Assembly: GCA_000004985.1 (NCBI GenBank)
Contig: GG738881.1
Direction: 5' to 3' (one strand)
Source: Naegleria gruberi
Lineage: Eukaryota
Length of the DNA: 64,000 bases
A program made the position numbers and the translations under genes. Numbering within the stretch: the first letter of the stretch is position 1; every line of letters starts with the position of its first letter. Shown piece by piece: positions 43,418 through 55,300 of the stretch. Below the pieces are notes generated by a model. That model was given only the letters and a program-made list of their open reading frames with translations, was not told the DNA's origin and ran no database searches.

Positions 43418-44539
43418 ATGGTCAACAATACAAGAATGATTCCTCAGATTGCCAATGTGCCAATAGAGGTGATTCGAATTATTTGTTCTTTCATGAGCAA
43501 TTTGGAGAACATGTTTGTGAGTGGAAATGTTTCATTGACATGGAGAAGAGAAATTGCCTTTCCAATTTTACTAGATAATTTAAAGAGAATTCATTCCGAT
43601 CCTATTGATGATGAGATCACTGATTACAATTATTTCAAAACGGTGAAAATTGGAAGAAATTTTATTAGAATGGAATTGAGAAGATTTCTTTATGAATTTT
43701 CATTGAAATTATATGATTTTCAAAATTTAAATCAGAATTCTAAACCTCCTCTTGCTTCTATCGATTGTAATGAGTACTTGTTGGAAGAATTTGAACAAAT
43801 TCAATTTTATTTTTCACATTTTTCAATTCCAAAGTTAAATTTGATCGAAAAGAAGACTGAAAAGACTGGACTCTTTAAAATGATTTCGAGTTTATTCTCA
43901 AAACAACCAAAAAAACAGGAAAAGACGAATGACGAACCAATCATTGTTGATATTAACAAGAATAGGGTTGTGGAGAAAGAACCAGTGACTGAAATTGTTT
44001 GTAAAATAGCTCTCGATGGCTATCGTGCAACTGGAAGGACATCGTTTCTGAATGCTTCGTTAAGAGATGACGCTATTGTGAATAAGGACTATTATCCTTC
44101 AATTGGAATTGATTTTGCTGCGAGAATCTTTTCATTTCCAGAAGTGTTGACCAACATATACAAAGTTCAAGTATGGGATTCCCCTTATTCCCAACTACAA
44201 CCTGCATATGTGAATAATACTACAATGATTATGGAAGTTTTTGATTTGACAAAAAGAGAAACATTAGTCCATTTAATTAATGAAAATATTCCACAAATCA
44301 AACGATTAAGGCAAACTCCCCTCGAACTTGTATTTATTGGAACAAAACAAGATGTCATTCAGGAGAATCCTCAAACCAGAAACATTCCACCCAAAGACAT
44401 TCAAACATGTTGTCTCAATAATTTTGGAGGAGCCCTCTGTGTTGAACTTTCTCTAACAGAACTCAAACAAGCTCAATCATTAATATGGTACAGTGTTCTT
44501 CTTCAAGATATTTGCTATCCAAAAAATCTCAAAGAATGA
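43418..44539 (+). CDS. F-box-like N-terminus fused to a degenerate Rab/Ras-like small GTPase domain (pseudo-GTPase)
   Basis: KIALDGYRATGRTSFL (G1 lacks GKS/T). YPSIGIDF (Rab switch I-like TIGIDF). VQVWDSPYSQ in place of DTAGQE (no catalytic Gln). FIGTKQD is an NKxD-like G4. N-terminus IPQIANVPIEVIRIICSFM is F-box-like. Confidence 0.55.
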   Translation: MVNNTRMIPQIANVPIEVIRIICSFMSNLENMFVSGNVSLTWRREIAFPILLDNLKRIHSDPIDDEITDYNYFKTVKIGRNFIRMELRRFLYEFSLKLYDFQNLNQNSKPPLASIDCNEYLLEEFEQIQFYFSHFSIPKLNLIEKKTEKTGLFKMISSLFSKQPKKQEKTNDEPIIVDINKNRVVEKEPVTEIVCKIALDGYRATGRTSFLNASLRDDAIVNKDYYPSIGIDFAARIFSFPEVLTNIYKVQVWDSPYSQLQPAYVNNTTMIMEVFDLTKRETLVHLINENIPQIKRLRQTPLELVFIGTKQDVIQENPQTRNIPPKDIQTCCLNNFGGALCVELSLTELKQAQSLIWYSVLLQDICYPKNLKE

Positions 44540-44802
44540 ACGATCAATGGGTTAGACTGAAACAGCTTACACGTGCCATTCAGCCGACTTTAATTCATCG
44601 TAATTGGTAGAGGAAGCAATTCACGGGCTACGCCATGTACTTTCAGTACAAGATAGCACTAATAGGAATCGAACCATATACGTGATACCTTCCAACACTC
44701 AATTTTAATGCTTACAATTTGAGAGTAAATTACTTTTTTCAATTATTGTGGTTTTGGCATTTTTTATTATTTTTAAATTTTGTTAAATTGTGTTATTGTT
44801 AA

Positions 44803-46178
44803 TTAAATGTTATTTGCAGAGATGTTATTCTCTGATGGAATGACCAATACTTCAGTGGAGAATGAAATTGCTGAGGGGGTTGTTGGAGACATGTCACCAC
44901 ATGAGCTGCTCGAAGGTAGAGAAAGGAAATTATTTTCACTTCCACTCATAGAATGATCCTTCAATGTTGTTGAGGATGATGAACCATTTTGAAGGGGAAC
45001 TTGTAAGTGAGAAACCTTATGGAGTTTCTTTTGAGAGAGAGTTTCCTTTCTCTTTTCAATTTCTTTCATTGCAATTTCCATATCTCTAAATAGTGGATAA
45101 AACAAGAAGAGAATCAAAATACCAAATATCAAGACTCCAGTACAATTGAGGAATTGCCAAATTACAGAGTAGTTGGCCAATTCTGAGGCTCCTGCAGCAA
45201 TGGCTATGGCAACAAGTTGTAGAGCCATACATAGCAACAAACCAATCAATAATCCGAAAGTAATTTTGAATGGAGATTGAACTCTCTTCTCAAACGAAAC
45301 CTTATCAAATGAAGTTCTTGAACTGGAATTTTGACTCTCTGTAGCACTCATTTTACTCTCTGATTTGTGATGTTCAGAAACTGCTTTAGTGACATTCTTG
45401 GATGTTTTCTGAATAGTTCTCACAACAATTATTCCAGAGGCAATTAACATACACCCAACGAATACTATAACACATCCTCCAACTACAAATGATACAACTT
45501 GAATGGCAGTTGCATATTCTTTTGGAATGAAATCAAATCTCTTAATACCAGACATGATACCAATTAGGAGAATGATCAAAATGGCCAACATGACAAATAA
45601 TGTGGCAATAATGGTCATTGAGGTTCGAATAATTTTGGAGGTTTCCTTAGTGATGGCTCTCATCAGTGTAGCTGTACTCCAACTAGTATTTGTGTGTTAA
45701 AATATTTTGGAAATTCGAATACTTACAACATGTTTTGAACGAAAACAATGATTGAAAACAGTGTCAAGAAATTACTTGTCATTGTAAAACTGTTCAGACC
45801 AAGAAATACTTGCATGGCAATAAATAATTTCCATTCAATTAATTGTCCTGCTTCAATCTTTTCTCTGATGACTAATTGTAAGGTTTCGTTTACAACTCTT
45901 ACAAGTAAACTAAATATTTGAACTGTTACATAAATACCAGTCATAATGAACAGTATCGTTTGGTTTCTCTTTAGTTTCAGTTTTCTTGTAACTCTAATGA
46001 TGAATCCAATAAGAACGAAAATGTAAACTGAAAAGAGAATGAGAAATATTATTGTATTCGAAAGTACTAAACCACTGGCCCAAATAGGTTTCATTTGATC
46101 CAAGGTAACATTCGTATAACCTTCACCATTTACAATTACTGATGATGAATCTAATAGTGCAAATAAACGTTCTGACAT
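44803..46178 (-). CDS. Seven-transmembrane receptor-like protein (GPCR candidate); join(45723..46178,44803..45663) with a short intron
   Basis: Exon 1 has an N-glyc ectodomain (NVTL) and 3 TM helices. Exon 2 has 4 more TM helices and a Ser-rich cytoplasmic tail. Donor GTAAGT at 45722, acceptor about 45670; junction ambiguous by 6 nt. Confidence 0.5.
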
Positions 46179-46417
46179 TTTTTGTATGATTATTTGTACA
46201 TGTTGGTTATTGTGTTGTTCTTGAAAATGGGTATCGATGCTAGATCATAGATTCGAATATCTTCTCTTTTTAGAGAAGGTAAAATAATCATGACTATTTG
46301 AAATCAAATTAGTAGAAATGAAAACATGATTGGAAGGAAGCTATCAATTCTATATTTATTCGAATCTATTTATTAGGACGAGCCAAAAAAGTACAAGTCG
46401 AAAGGTCATACACATCT

Positions 46418-49400
46418 TTATATTATAGATTTAGCACTATTGATAAGTGTACTACCAACATTTCCAATAACTGAACTAACCATTGAGAATGGATTCAAAG
46501 TTTCATTTTGATTTCTTCTAATCTTTGATCTCAATAAATTGTAAAGAGAATCAAACTCAAGTTTGCTTTGAATAATTGGTAATTCAAATGTTAATCCATG
46601 ACTAGTTAAAATTGAAAGTGTTCCTAAAATTGGAGATTCTTGATTGTCTACATTTTGTAATTTTTTCACAGATTTGATTGAGGTAAATGGAATGACAGTA
46701 TCTTTCTTTTGAGGTTTCATCCATTCGAAACAAAAATATTGTTCTCCAATAAAGGCAATACCAGTTGGTTCTTGTGAATTCGTGGAAAGAAGGAAATAGG
46801 TAATTAACTTTTCTCTTGAACAAATCTTATCAATTTGGAATCTTTGGAAGAAGTATGTTTGAGCTTCTTCTTGTGTCAACATATTTGAAATATTATCATT
46901 CTTTGGTTCTTGACGTTTGAGAGAGGCCTTTGAGTGTTTGTATTGATCAAGGAATGTTTCACAATTTTCCTTTTCAATATCACAAACTTCAATCTCTCCG
47001 TAATCTTTAATGGAGATTTTCAAAGTGTTGGAAGTTTGCACAATGTTCTCAATTCTATTCCATGTGAATTTTTCATAGAAGGTTGCTTGAACAGCATAGA
47101 AACAGAAACTACTTGTAAATACAAATATGGAAGATTTGAAAGAGTTTTCATCTTGTCTAACATTGGATGAGAAGAATGTAATGCATTGTTCCTCTAATGG
47201 AATATCAAACTTTCTCTTGATGATATCTTCTCTATTTTCCTCATCTTCTGGACCTTTACTAGCTAATGAATCAGAAGATTCAGATGCAGCTGATATGAAT
47301 CCCTTTGTTTGTTCAGATGATGGTTTTGATCCAAATTTAAACAAGTTCATCAATTTGCTTGGTGTATTGGTGCTTTGTGTTGGGGTGGCCTTGTTCTTTG
47401 ATATTTCCACATTATTTCCAAGATTTTTGAATTGAGTTTGTAAACATTCAATGAAAGCACTTCTTGAAGATTCATCAGAAAAGAAAAACTTGACTCTATT
47501 CTTTGGATTGTTACTTGAGGAGCCAACATAGATAGAAGTGTTGGCAGATATTTTGAAATGAATAGAAACTCCCTTTCTCATAAAACCTTCTGTTAAATGA
47601 ATCTTTTCAACATCGCGTAATGAAATTCTGTGATAAACATTTGAGAATCTAAATTCAAATAATAAAAATTCACCACCAATGTGAATAGTTCCTGGAGCAA
47701 TCTTTGAAGAATCATAACAGGTCGACGTTAAATAGACAGTTAATTTGTCTGTTCCTTCAACAATGGAATATCTAGCATAAATATTGAATTTGATAATTAA
47801 TCTTTGAACCTTTGCAGTTTCCTTATATTTAGAATAAATTTTTCTAGCTTTTTCATCATTCTTCTTTCTAGTAAAAAGTATGGAAACTATGTGATAGGCC
47901 TTAACAGGATATTTCTCTGCAAATTTAGTATTTGAAGCAAGTTTTTGTAAGTGAGCTTCCAGCTTTTCTGTTTGGGTATTGTAAAGTTTACAAAGCTTGA
48001 CTAAAAGTTTACTCTTAGTTCTGGCAAAATCATGTGAAAGAGCAGTTTCTTCCTCTTCGTCATCTGTCTTCTCAGCAGATCCACAAAAGTAAATAATAAA
48101 TAACTCTAAAATAGATTCCAATACATATGCCTTTTTTTAAATATTAGTTTTTAACTAAATTGTGAGATGATACTTACTTGTTGGGCAGTCAAAAAAACTC
48201 TATCTTGAGGTTTCCTAGTAAAATTAGCAGGATCCAACAGGAAAGTACTCAATTCCTCTACTACTATCAAGAATAATCTTTCCAAAATCTTCTTGAATAA
48301 ATCCTTATAACAATTTTGACTCAAAATTTCCAAAGCAGGTGTTAAAATTGGGATGAAGAGTGATGAATCTAGAAGTGCATCAGATTTGCTCTGGAAGAGA
48401 TTTTTAACTTCAACTCTTGTAGAATTCTTCATCTTGGCAAGATCTTTTTTAGCATTTTGTAAAACGTAATTAATAGCATTTCTTATTGGAGCTTGGAAAA
48501 TGTTAGCAGTTGCTAATGTCAAATCGAACAAAACTTCATTGAATTGTTTTGTGAATTTTTGAATTGACATGTTAGACTTTTTGGAATATTCATTTTCAAT
48601 CTGTTTAGATTTTTGATTCGATTTCTTTTCAACTTCATCAAAATCAATATCATCTCTATCATAATCTTCAAATCCAGTTTCTTCCGTAGTTTCTTCATAT
48701 TCAGCCCATGAAGAAGTATCAAATATATTCTTTACAACAGATTGAAGCTCTTGTCTACATGCTTCAATGTCATTCAATCTAATCACAAAATGTTTGGTGA
48801 TTGCAACAGGTAAAATATGAGTATCCTTCAAATCTTTAAATACAGACTTTGGAACAATCATATTAAAGAGAAGGTTACTTTGTTTTTGTTTTGAATCAAC
48901 ATTTTGGTTGGAGAGACTGTTGACATCCTCCAAACATTGATCTGAGACTTTCTTTGCATATTCTGTTGCGGTAATTCTAATAACAAGCTCTGCAAATCTT
49001 ACATACAAATTGGAATCAGAAAATTCCAATTTTTGTAACAATTCAAATATTTGATTTACAGAGGTAAAATAATCTACCACTGAGGTACTATGCATACAAC
49101 TATCATTGATAGGTTCAAAAGTATCAATTGCAATACTTTGTTTGATCCATTTGGATAACATTTCACTTAATTCTGTCATATATCTTTCAGAATAACCCTC
49201 ACTAATAGATTTAGCATCAATAAATTTGAAATTAGAAAGTTCCTTAGATGAAAAATCGTGTCTAATTTCCTCATGGAGAGGTTTCAACTTGTTACAAAGA
49301 GTGAGCATATAAAATCCATTAATGTTATCATTCTTCTTAGCGTATTGGATATAGTTGTCCAAATTAGAGTAATAAAACGTCAGTGCCTCCATTTCAAAAT

Positions 49401-51505
49401 TGTCGATAGAGAAAATTCCTGAAAAATAGAAAATCTCATCAATAACTTTCACTAATTCTGAGCACAGCTCTACAAGAATAGGTCCGTTCATATCTTTAAA
49501 TCCAAGACTATTTTGAATCTCCTCAATAATTCCATCTAGATGTGTTTGAAAAGCTCCATTAATAATCTTCTTCAATCTCTTACTGTACTCCTTTTCAACA
49601 ATTCTGTTATTATATTTACAACACAAGAGTTTGTGTACAAAAACGAAGGATTTTAGGGCTCCTTGTGGTTCGTTCTTAGGAAACATGGTAATATATTGTT
49701 TCATAGCTTTCTCAATCTTTTTCAAAAGTGTTTCTGTCAAGTCAAAATATCTGTTTCTTTCAGTTTGTGTCATTGGGAAATATTTGCTTTGTAAATTGTT
49801 ATCAAGCAATTCCAAACACTTTTGTAAATCATCAGAAAATGTGATTGCCAACTTAATATTGGATGCAAACACTTCCAAATATAACAATCTCTTATATGTC
49901 TCTGTGATACCATATCTCTTCTCAAAATCATTTAAAATCCAACCTTGACTAGGACACATAAAATCTTCACAGTCAGAATCTTGTAACTTCTCTCGATTTT
50001 TAACTAAAGATTTCAATGTAAATTTGTACAATTTAATCCAATCAATTCTACTCTCCTTAGAAAAATCAGTAATTACATCGACCTTACATGGATATCTTCT
50101 AAAAGTAGCTTTCATGCATACTGAAATACATCCTATAACTTCATTTTCATTCTTAGAATCACGAGGATGTGGATGTAAATCAATAGTTTCAGAAATTTGG
50201 GCACTTCCCCAAACACCACTTGAGGTATAAGCTTGTGTCATTATAGAGGAAATTCGTAGCTTTGTAGTACCAAAATGAATCTTCTTCAATCCTCCAAGCT
50301 GGAAATAATAAAATTCTATAGACATATCTTGATCCTCGCATGATGTCGAAATGGTATGAGAAAGAGTCTCTGGAATTTCAATATCGATTGCATTCTTAAT
50401 GTTCATAGCAAATTTACTACAATCAATTTTTTCAGATTCTATAATGGTCTGTTGTGTACTCTTTGAATCTTTCAGATAGCATATTTTGTAACAAATTACT
50501 TGATTTGTGGTGATCTCTGTGAATATGTGTTAGTTTCCAATAAAATAATAAGGTGAACTTACTTTTAAAAGCCTTTTGCAAATCAATAGTAACCATATTA
50601 AACTTGAAATTCAAAGTTCCCAAAAATGGAACAGCTCTCTGTTGGTCTATAGAATTTAAAATTAAAGAAATTTGATTGAGTTCATCTTTTTTCCAAGACT
50701 GATATTCAGTTTCTTTTGAGAAAATTTTCTTATAATACATTGGGTTTAAATCATTTTCAGCCATATATTTTCTGAATAATATTACATTCTTTACCAAATC
50801 ACTTCCATTGGTATTTCTCATAATTTTACTTCGTTGAGGAAAATATTGAGTATCAACTGTTTTCCAAATCTTATCAAATTCACTATTCGAAACTGTATTA
50901 GCAAATGAAATTTTCAAAGTATTTTTCAATAATTCCAAATCTATATCATTCGATATTTCCAACTTGTCAGTCTTACTATTTACATTAATTTGTGGAAATA
51001 AAGGCATATAAATACATTGAACGCACATTCTAAGTGCTTCCATCATTTCAAATTTTGTAAATTCTTCAAATGAATCATCTTTATCCAAATTATCCAATTG
51101 TTTCAAAAAATCTCCCAAATTGATTGTATCAATAGCAATTTCAGATTCTTGATTATCATTTGATTTTGCACTTGTTGTTGCACTTTTAGTAGGTGGTTTC
51201 CTAAAGCTAAGCCACTCCGAGAAGGAAATTCCCTGCTTTTGATTATTTACATCTCTCTTCTCCTTCTTTCTACGTGGCGTAATTTCTCTAATTTCATTCC
51301 CGATAGCTGATGTAATATTCTTCGGATTTGGAATGGCAGACAACAAGCCAGAGAAGAATTTTGTTGAAGTTGAATTAAAAGCCGTCACTGGTTTAATCCG
51401 TTGATGACTATTATTCATACTAAGAGTGCTACTATTATTTAGATCGGTAGTGCCACTACCAACATTAGAAGCCAAAGAAGAGGAAGAAGGCTTGGTTTTG
51501 AGCAT
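46418..51505 (-). CDS. Large (about 1650 aa) multi-domain protein, possibly with a Munc13-homology/MUN-like helical region and C-terminal GRAM/PH-like domains; join(50563..51505,48178..50516,46418..48103)
   Basis: Three ORF-track pieces join via a 46-nt intron 50517..50562 (GTAAGT..CACAG) and a 74-nt intron 48104..48177 (GTAAGT..TTTTAG). Both restore a single frame. Domain assignment is tentative. Confidence 0.55.
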
Positions 51506-52303
51506 TTTTTTTTGAATTGGAAATTGTTGTAAAAAAAGGTGTTGATTTTTTGATTGTCAACGTCTAATTTTAATCATAAGAAAGGAATGAAGTTAGATGA
51601 GTTGTCGGATGAACGATTTACAGGAAATCCATGTAATTTTGACAAAATTCTTTAAAATAATTTAGATAATTCAAATATTTCTTATATGAATAATTAAATA
51701 GTGGGCTTATCTTCTCGTCAAAATTTCAAAAATAGTTCAAAACTATTCTTATCAGCCCTTAATTGCATAAATTTTGGAGCAAGTAGTTAGTTAATACTGG
51801 AATTGATGAAACACCAACGACAAAAGAGACACGGTCCTATCTTGGAAGAATATTTATTGAATTCTGATAGTCACAGAAGAGAATTGTTGAAACAAAACGG
51901 TGTTTTGGATGAATTGCTCGATATTGCCATTAAGATCAAACATGAACATGGCTATTGGTGGCAGATACAATGATAATACAGTCTATTAGAATGTCTCTTT
52001 AAAAAAGAAAATGAATATAACATGGTTAAGAAATATGATGGACATGAAGTATTTGACTTTAGATTTTCAAATACTGGGAATTTTACTCTAGCCTATTTAA
52101 TTACCTACAAATTTTGTAAATAATAAATTTTTTACAAAATATTAAGCTTACTGGAAAAATTGTATAATCTACCAGTATCCATTGTTATCCTATCCATTCA
52201 ATAATAATAAGGATAATACAATATTTGATATTAAATTGTGAAATCCATATGTTGTATTTGTGTTTGTAACGGCTTTCCAATAAATGTTTAAAAATAAAAA
52301 AAA

Positions 52304-52794
52304 ATGAGTTCATCAACTAGTGCTGAATCATCCGCTGTTGCTGATGTTGCTAAGATTGAATCTATGAGCGCAGCTGAAAGATTGGAACAAAGAAAGAAGA
52401 GATTTGCTAATGTTAGTATTTTATATTATGATGATGGAAATTCTCATCAAGAATTTTTAAAAAATTAATTTGATCATGTTTTGTCATCATCAAATCTTAA
52501 CATCAATTAACACCATGATAGGCCGCAGCCACAACTGGTGAATCAACAACAACTAGTGAAGCCACCACAAGTGAATTAACTGAAGAAGAAAAGATCAAGA
52601 AACGTAAAGAAAGATTTGCTTCTTCCGATTTGGAAAGAATGACCAATCAAGCCCTAGGAACTGAAGGAGTTGAAAAGAAGAAGAAAGGTAGAGGAATTCA
52701 TAAACAAAACAAGACTGGAGGTCGTGGAGGTAAATCAAATCGTGGAAGAGGTGGAAAGAGAGGTGGTCGTGGTCGTGGAGGTAAAAAGAACTAA
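52304..52794 (+). CDS. SARNP/Tho1/MOS11-like mRNA export factor (Tho1_MOS11_C motif, duplicated); join(52304..52411,52522..52794)
   Basis: Exon 1 ends …SAAERLEQRKKRFAN at a GTTAGT donor. Exon 2 carries a second EEKIKKRKERFA motif and an RGG-rich C-terminus. 110-nt intron. Confidence 0.55.
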
Positions 52795-52945
52795 GTCCTA
52801 AGCAATTTAATATTAAATAAAAGAATTTATAAGTTTCCAATGTGTTTGAGTAAAAGCCCATTCATGGTAGAACTCGAATGTACAAATGATGATGACATTT
52901 CGAAAAATTGAGTGTATATTATGTGTGTTAAAATTATTACTAGAA

Positions 52946-53574
52946 TTACTTTTGAGTGGCAGCATTCAATTCCTTTTCAGATTCCAAAAGACCAGTACCC
53001 TTGAAGTGACGAAGTTGGGCATTGTATACTGGATATTGGAAACGAGTTGTAGAATTGTAGAACTTTTCATAAGCATTGAATTCAGGTTCTCCCTTCATCA
53101 ATTCCTCAACCTTCTTTAAGAAGGCTCTTCTTTGTAAAGTAAAAGCAATATCATGTTCGGCTTGTAAGAAAGGTGTCATAGCTAATTCGAGAACTTCTCT
53201 TTCCTTCTTCAATTCACTATTTAAATATATTATCATCATAAATTTTCCAATTAATTTCCATTCAATATATCTACAATTACTATTAATAATAACACTTACT
53301 CTCTCTTCTTGATCCATTTATAATAACGATACCAACCGTAAGCCATCACTGCTGTGGAGATGAAGAGGAAAGTTCCTATGGACCAAAACTTGTTTGGAGA
53401 GTTTCTTCTAACTCTTACAGCTGGGAAACCACCTTGTGGAGCAACATCTTGGTTCAATTCAAGTGGGTTTTGAACAAGAGGACCCATATTTGCAATTTTG
53501 CTGTTGTTTCCATCAACAGCAGCACGTTTTGGCAAGAGGGAAGAAGCACCTCGAATAACTCTTCTACTCATCAT
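52946..53574 (-). CDS. NDUFA13: NADH dehydrogenase [ubiquinone] 1 alpha subcomplex subunit 13 (NDUFA13/GRIM-19); join(53300..53574,52946..53216)
   Basis: APQGGFPAVRVRRNSPNK…FLFISTAVMAYGWYRYYKWIKKR|DELKKEREVLELAMTPFLQAEHD…EPEFNAYEKFYNSTTRFQYPV is colinear with human GRIM-19 (PPPGGYGPIDYKRNLPRRG…[45 protein letters not shown]…VGESVFHTTRWVPP). 83-nt GTAAGT..AG intron. About 40-aa N-terminal extension. Confidence 0.75.
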
Positions 53575-53973
53575 TTTTTATTTTAAATGAAAAAAATTTA
53601 TTCCAATAGAAAATAATAGTAATAATATTAATAATAAATACCAATACTATTGAACAAATGTAATTGTTATAATCGTGTTATATGAATATGGAATGATTAA
53701 AGTAAATTCTTATTTGTATGATTTGAATATTATTATCTTTTAAAAGATTCAATGCCTGCAAAAATAAAAATTTTCAATGATGTTTTGAATATTTTCCAAT
53801 GACCTTGAATCTCCAACAATAAAATCATATCCAAATTAATTACATTCTCTAAAGTATGGAAGCATCTTGTATTTGAAGATAATCTTCCTCTATAATATTA
53901 ATAATAGAATCAAAGGCTTTGTTGAGTTTTTCTTTGCTGGCTTGTGGTGTGTTGTAAAATTGAAGAACAAAAA

Positions 53974-55208
53974 ATGAGCCAAAAGCTAAGCGCTGCCAAC
54001 ACAATTTCTCAACAACAACAACAACAAGATGTTGTTCCTGTCCAAGAATTTGGAAAGGACTTTATCGAAAAGATGGAAAATGCTCCACCTGTTACTGAAG
54101 TTTCCATCGATGCTATGGTATTGTTGAAAATGATTAATCACTGTACCGAAAAAGTTCCAATTCAAGTCACCGGACAACTCTTAGGTTTGGATAATGAAGG
54201 CGTTTTGGAAGTTACAAATTGTTTCCCATTCCCATCATCATCATCATATAACGAAAGTATGTTTTATTAATTATAAGAATATAGAATATTCTAAACAAAT
54301 TTGAACCTTTAACAAAAACAACAGGTATTTCTGAAGAAGAAAGAAACGATCAAGATGATAAATATCAAATTGATATGTTACAATGTCTTACGGATGTTAA
54401 TGTTGATAACAATACTGTTGGTTGGTACCAATCTACTTACATGGATAGTTTTATGAATGCTACAACTATTGCTAATCAATACCAATATCAAAGAACTCTC
54501 GGAAATAAGCGATGCATTCACTTAGTTTTTGATCCATTGAGAACTAGACGTGGTGAATTATTTGTTAAAGCTTATCGTCTTTCTGATAAATTCATTGAAG
54601 CTGTTAAAATTTCATACTTACAACAAACTGAACTTTCAAGTATGAAAAAGAAATACGATTTAAAGAATAAGAATAAGAAAGAAGATATTGAAGTACTTAC
54701 TGAAAAGGAAAAATTACCAGAATCAATTGAAAAAATTCAAATCACACAAGAAATTTTGGCTACATTGAACCTCTCTGATAAGGATATTTTCGATGAATTA
54801 CCAATTCAAATCCATAACTATGCCTTGGTTCAAGCTTTCCTCTTAGATTTTGAAAATGATGAACCATCTCATCTCTTGGCTGGTTATGATAGCTTGGATA
54901 TGGCTAATACTCAATTCTTGACACGTGGATTGGAAAGTCTTATTGAATATGCTGATAGCTTATCAGTCCAACAACATCGTTACCAATTATATCAAAAGAA
55001 ATTGGCTCAACAAAAACAAAACGCCAAGAAGAAGGATAAGACACAAGAAGAACAAGAATTTATGTTAAAGTCTGTTCAACAACCAGATCAACTTGATTAT
55101 TTGATGATTGCCAACCAATTAGGAAATGCTTGCGACCAAATGACTTCGTTCTCCTCTCAATCTATCAACTTGAGCAAAATTGCTGAGCTCGGAATGAAAA
55201 AGGAATAA
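53974..55208 (+). CDS. EIF3H: Translation initiation factor eIF3 subunit H; join(53974..54256,54325..55208)
   Basis: MPN/JAB domain ([18 protein letters not shown]…[23 protein letters not shown]). …[20 protein letters not shown]… matches human eIF3h [20 protein letters not shown]. 68-nt GTATGT..AG intron. An in-frame upstream ATG at 53944 is also possible. Confidence 0.8.
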
Positions 55209-55300
55209 ATTCCATACAATAATTTATTAAGATTTTGTATTTTATAAATTAAACTTTAATTTGATTTCGTCTATTGGATCCATAGAAATATGTTCCACAT

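Noticed and set aside
44570-44720. tRNA-like T-arm motif (ggaatcgaacc on plus = GGTTCGATTCC on minus) between convergent genes
   Set aside because: I could not fold a cloverleaf on either strand. There is no acceptor/D/anticodon stem complementarity. It is probably a chance match or a decayed tRNA-derived fragment in the 3' UTRs.
50407-50431. Apparent +1 frameshift / pseudogene junction between ORFs 50432..51505 and 48151..50406
   Set aside because: A canonical 46-nt GTAAGT..AG intron (50517..50562) upstream restores a single reading frame. No frameshift is needed.
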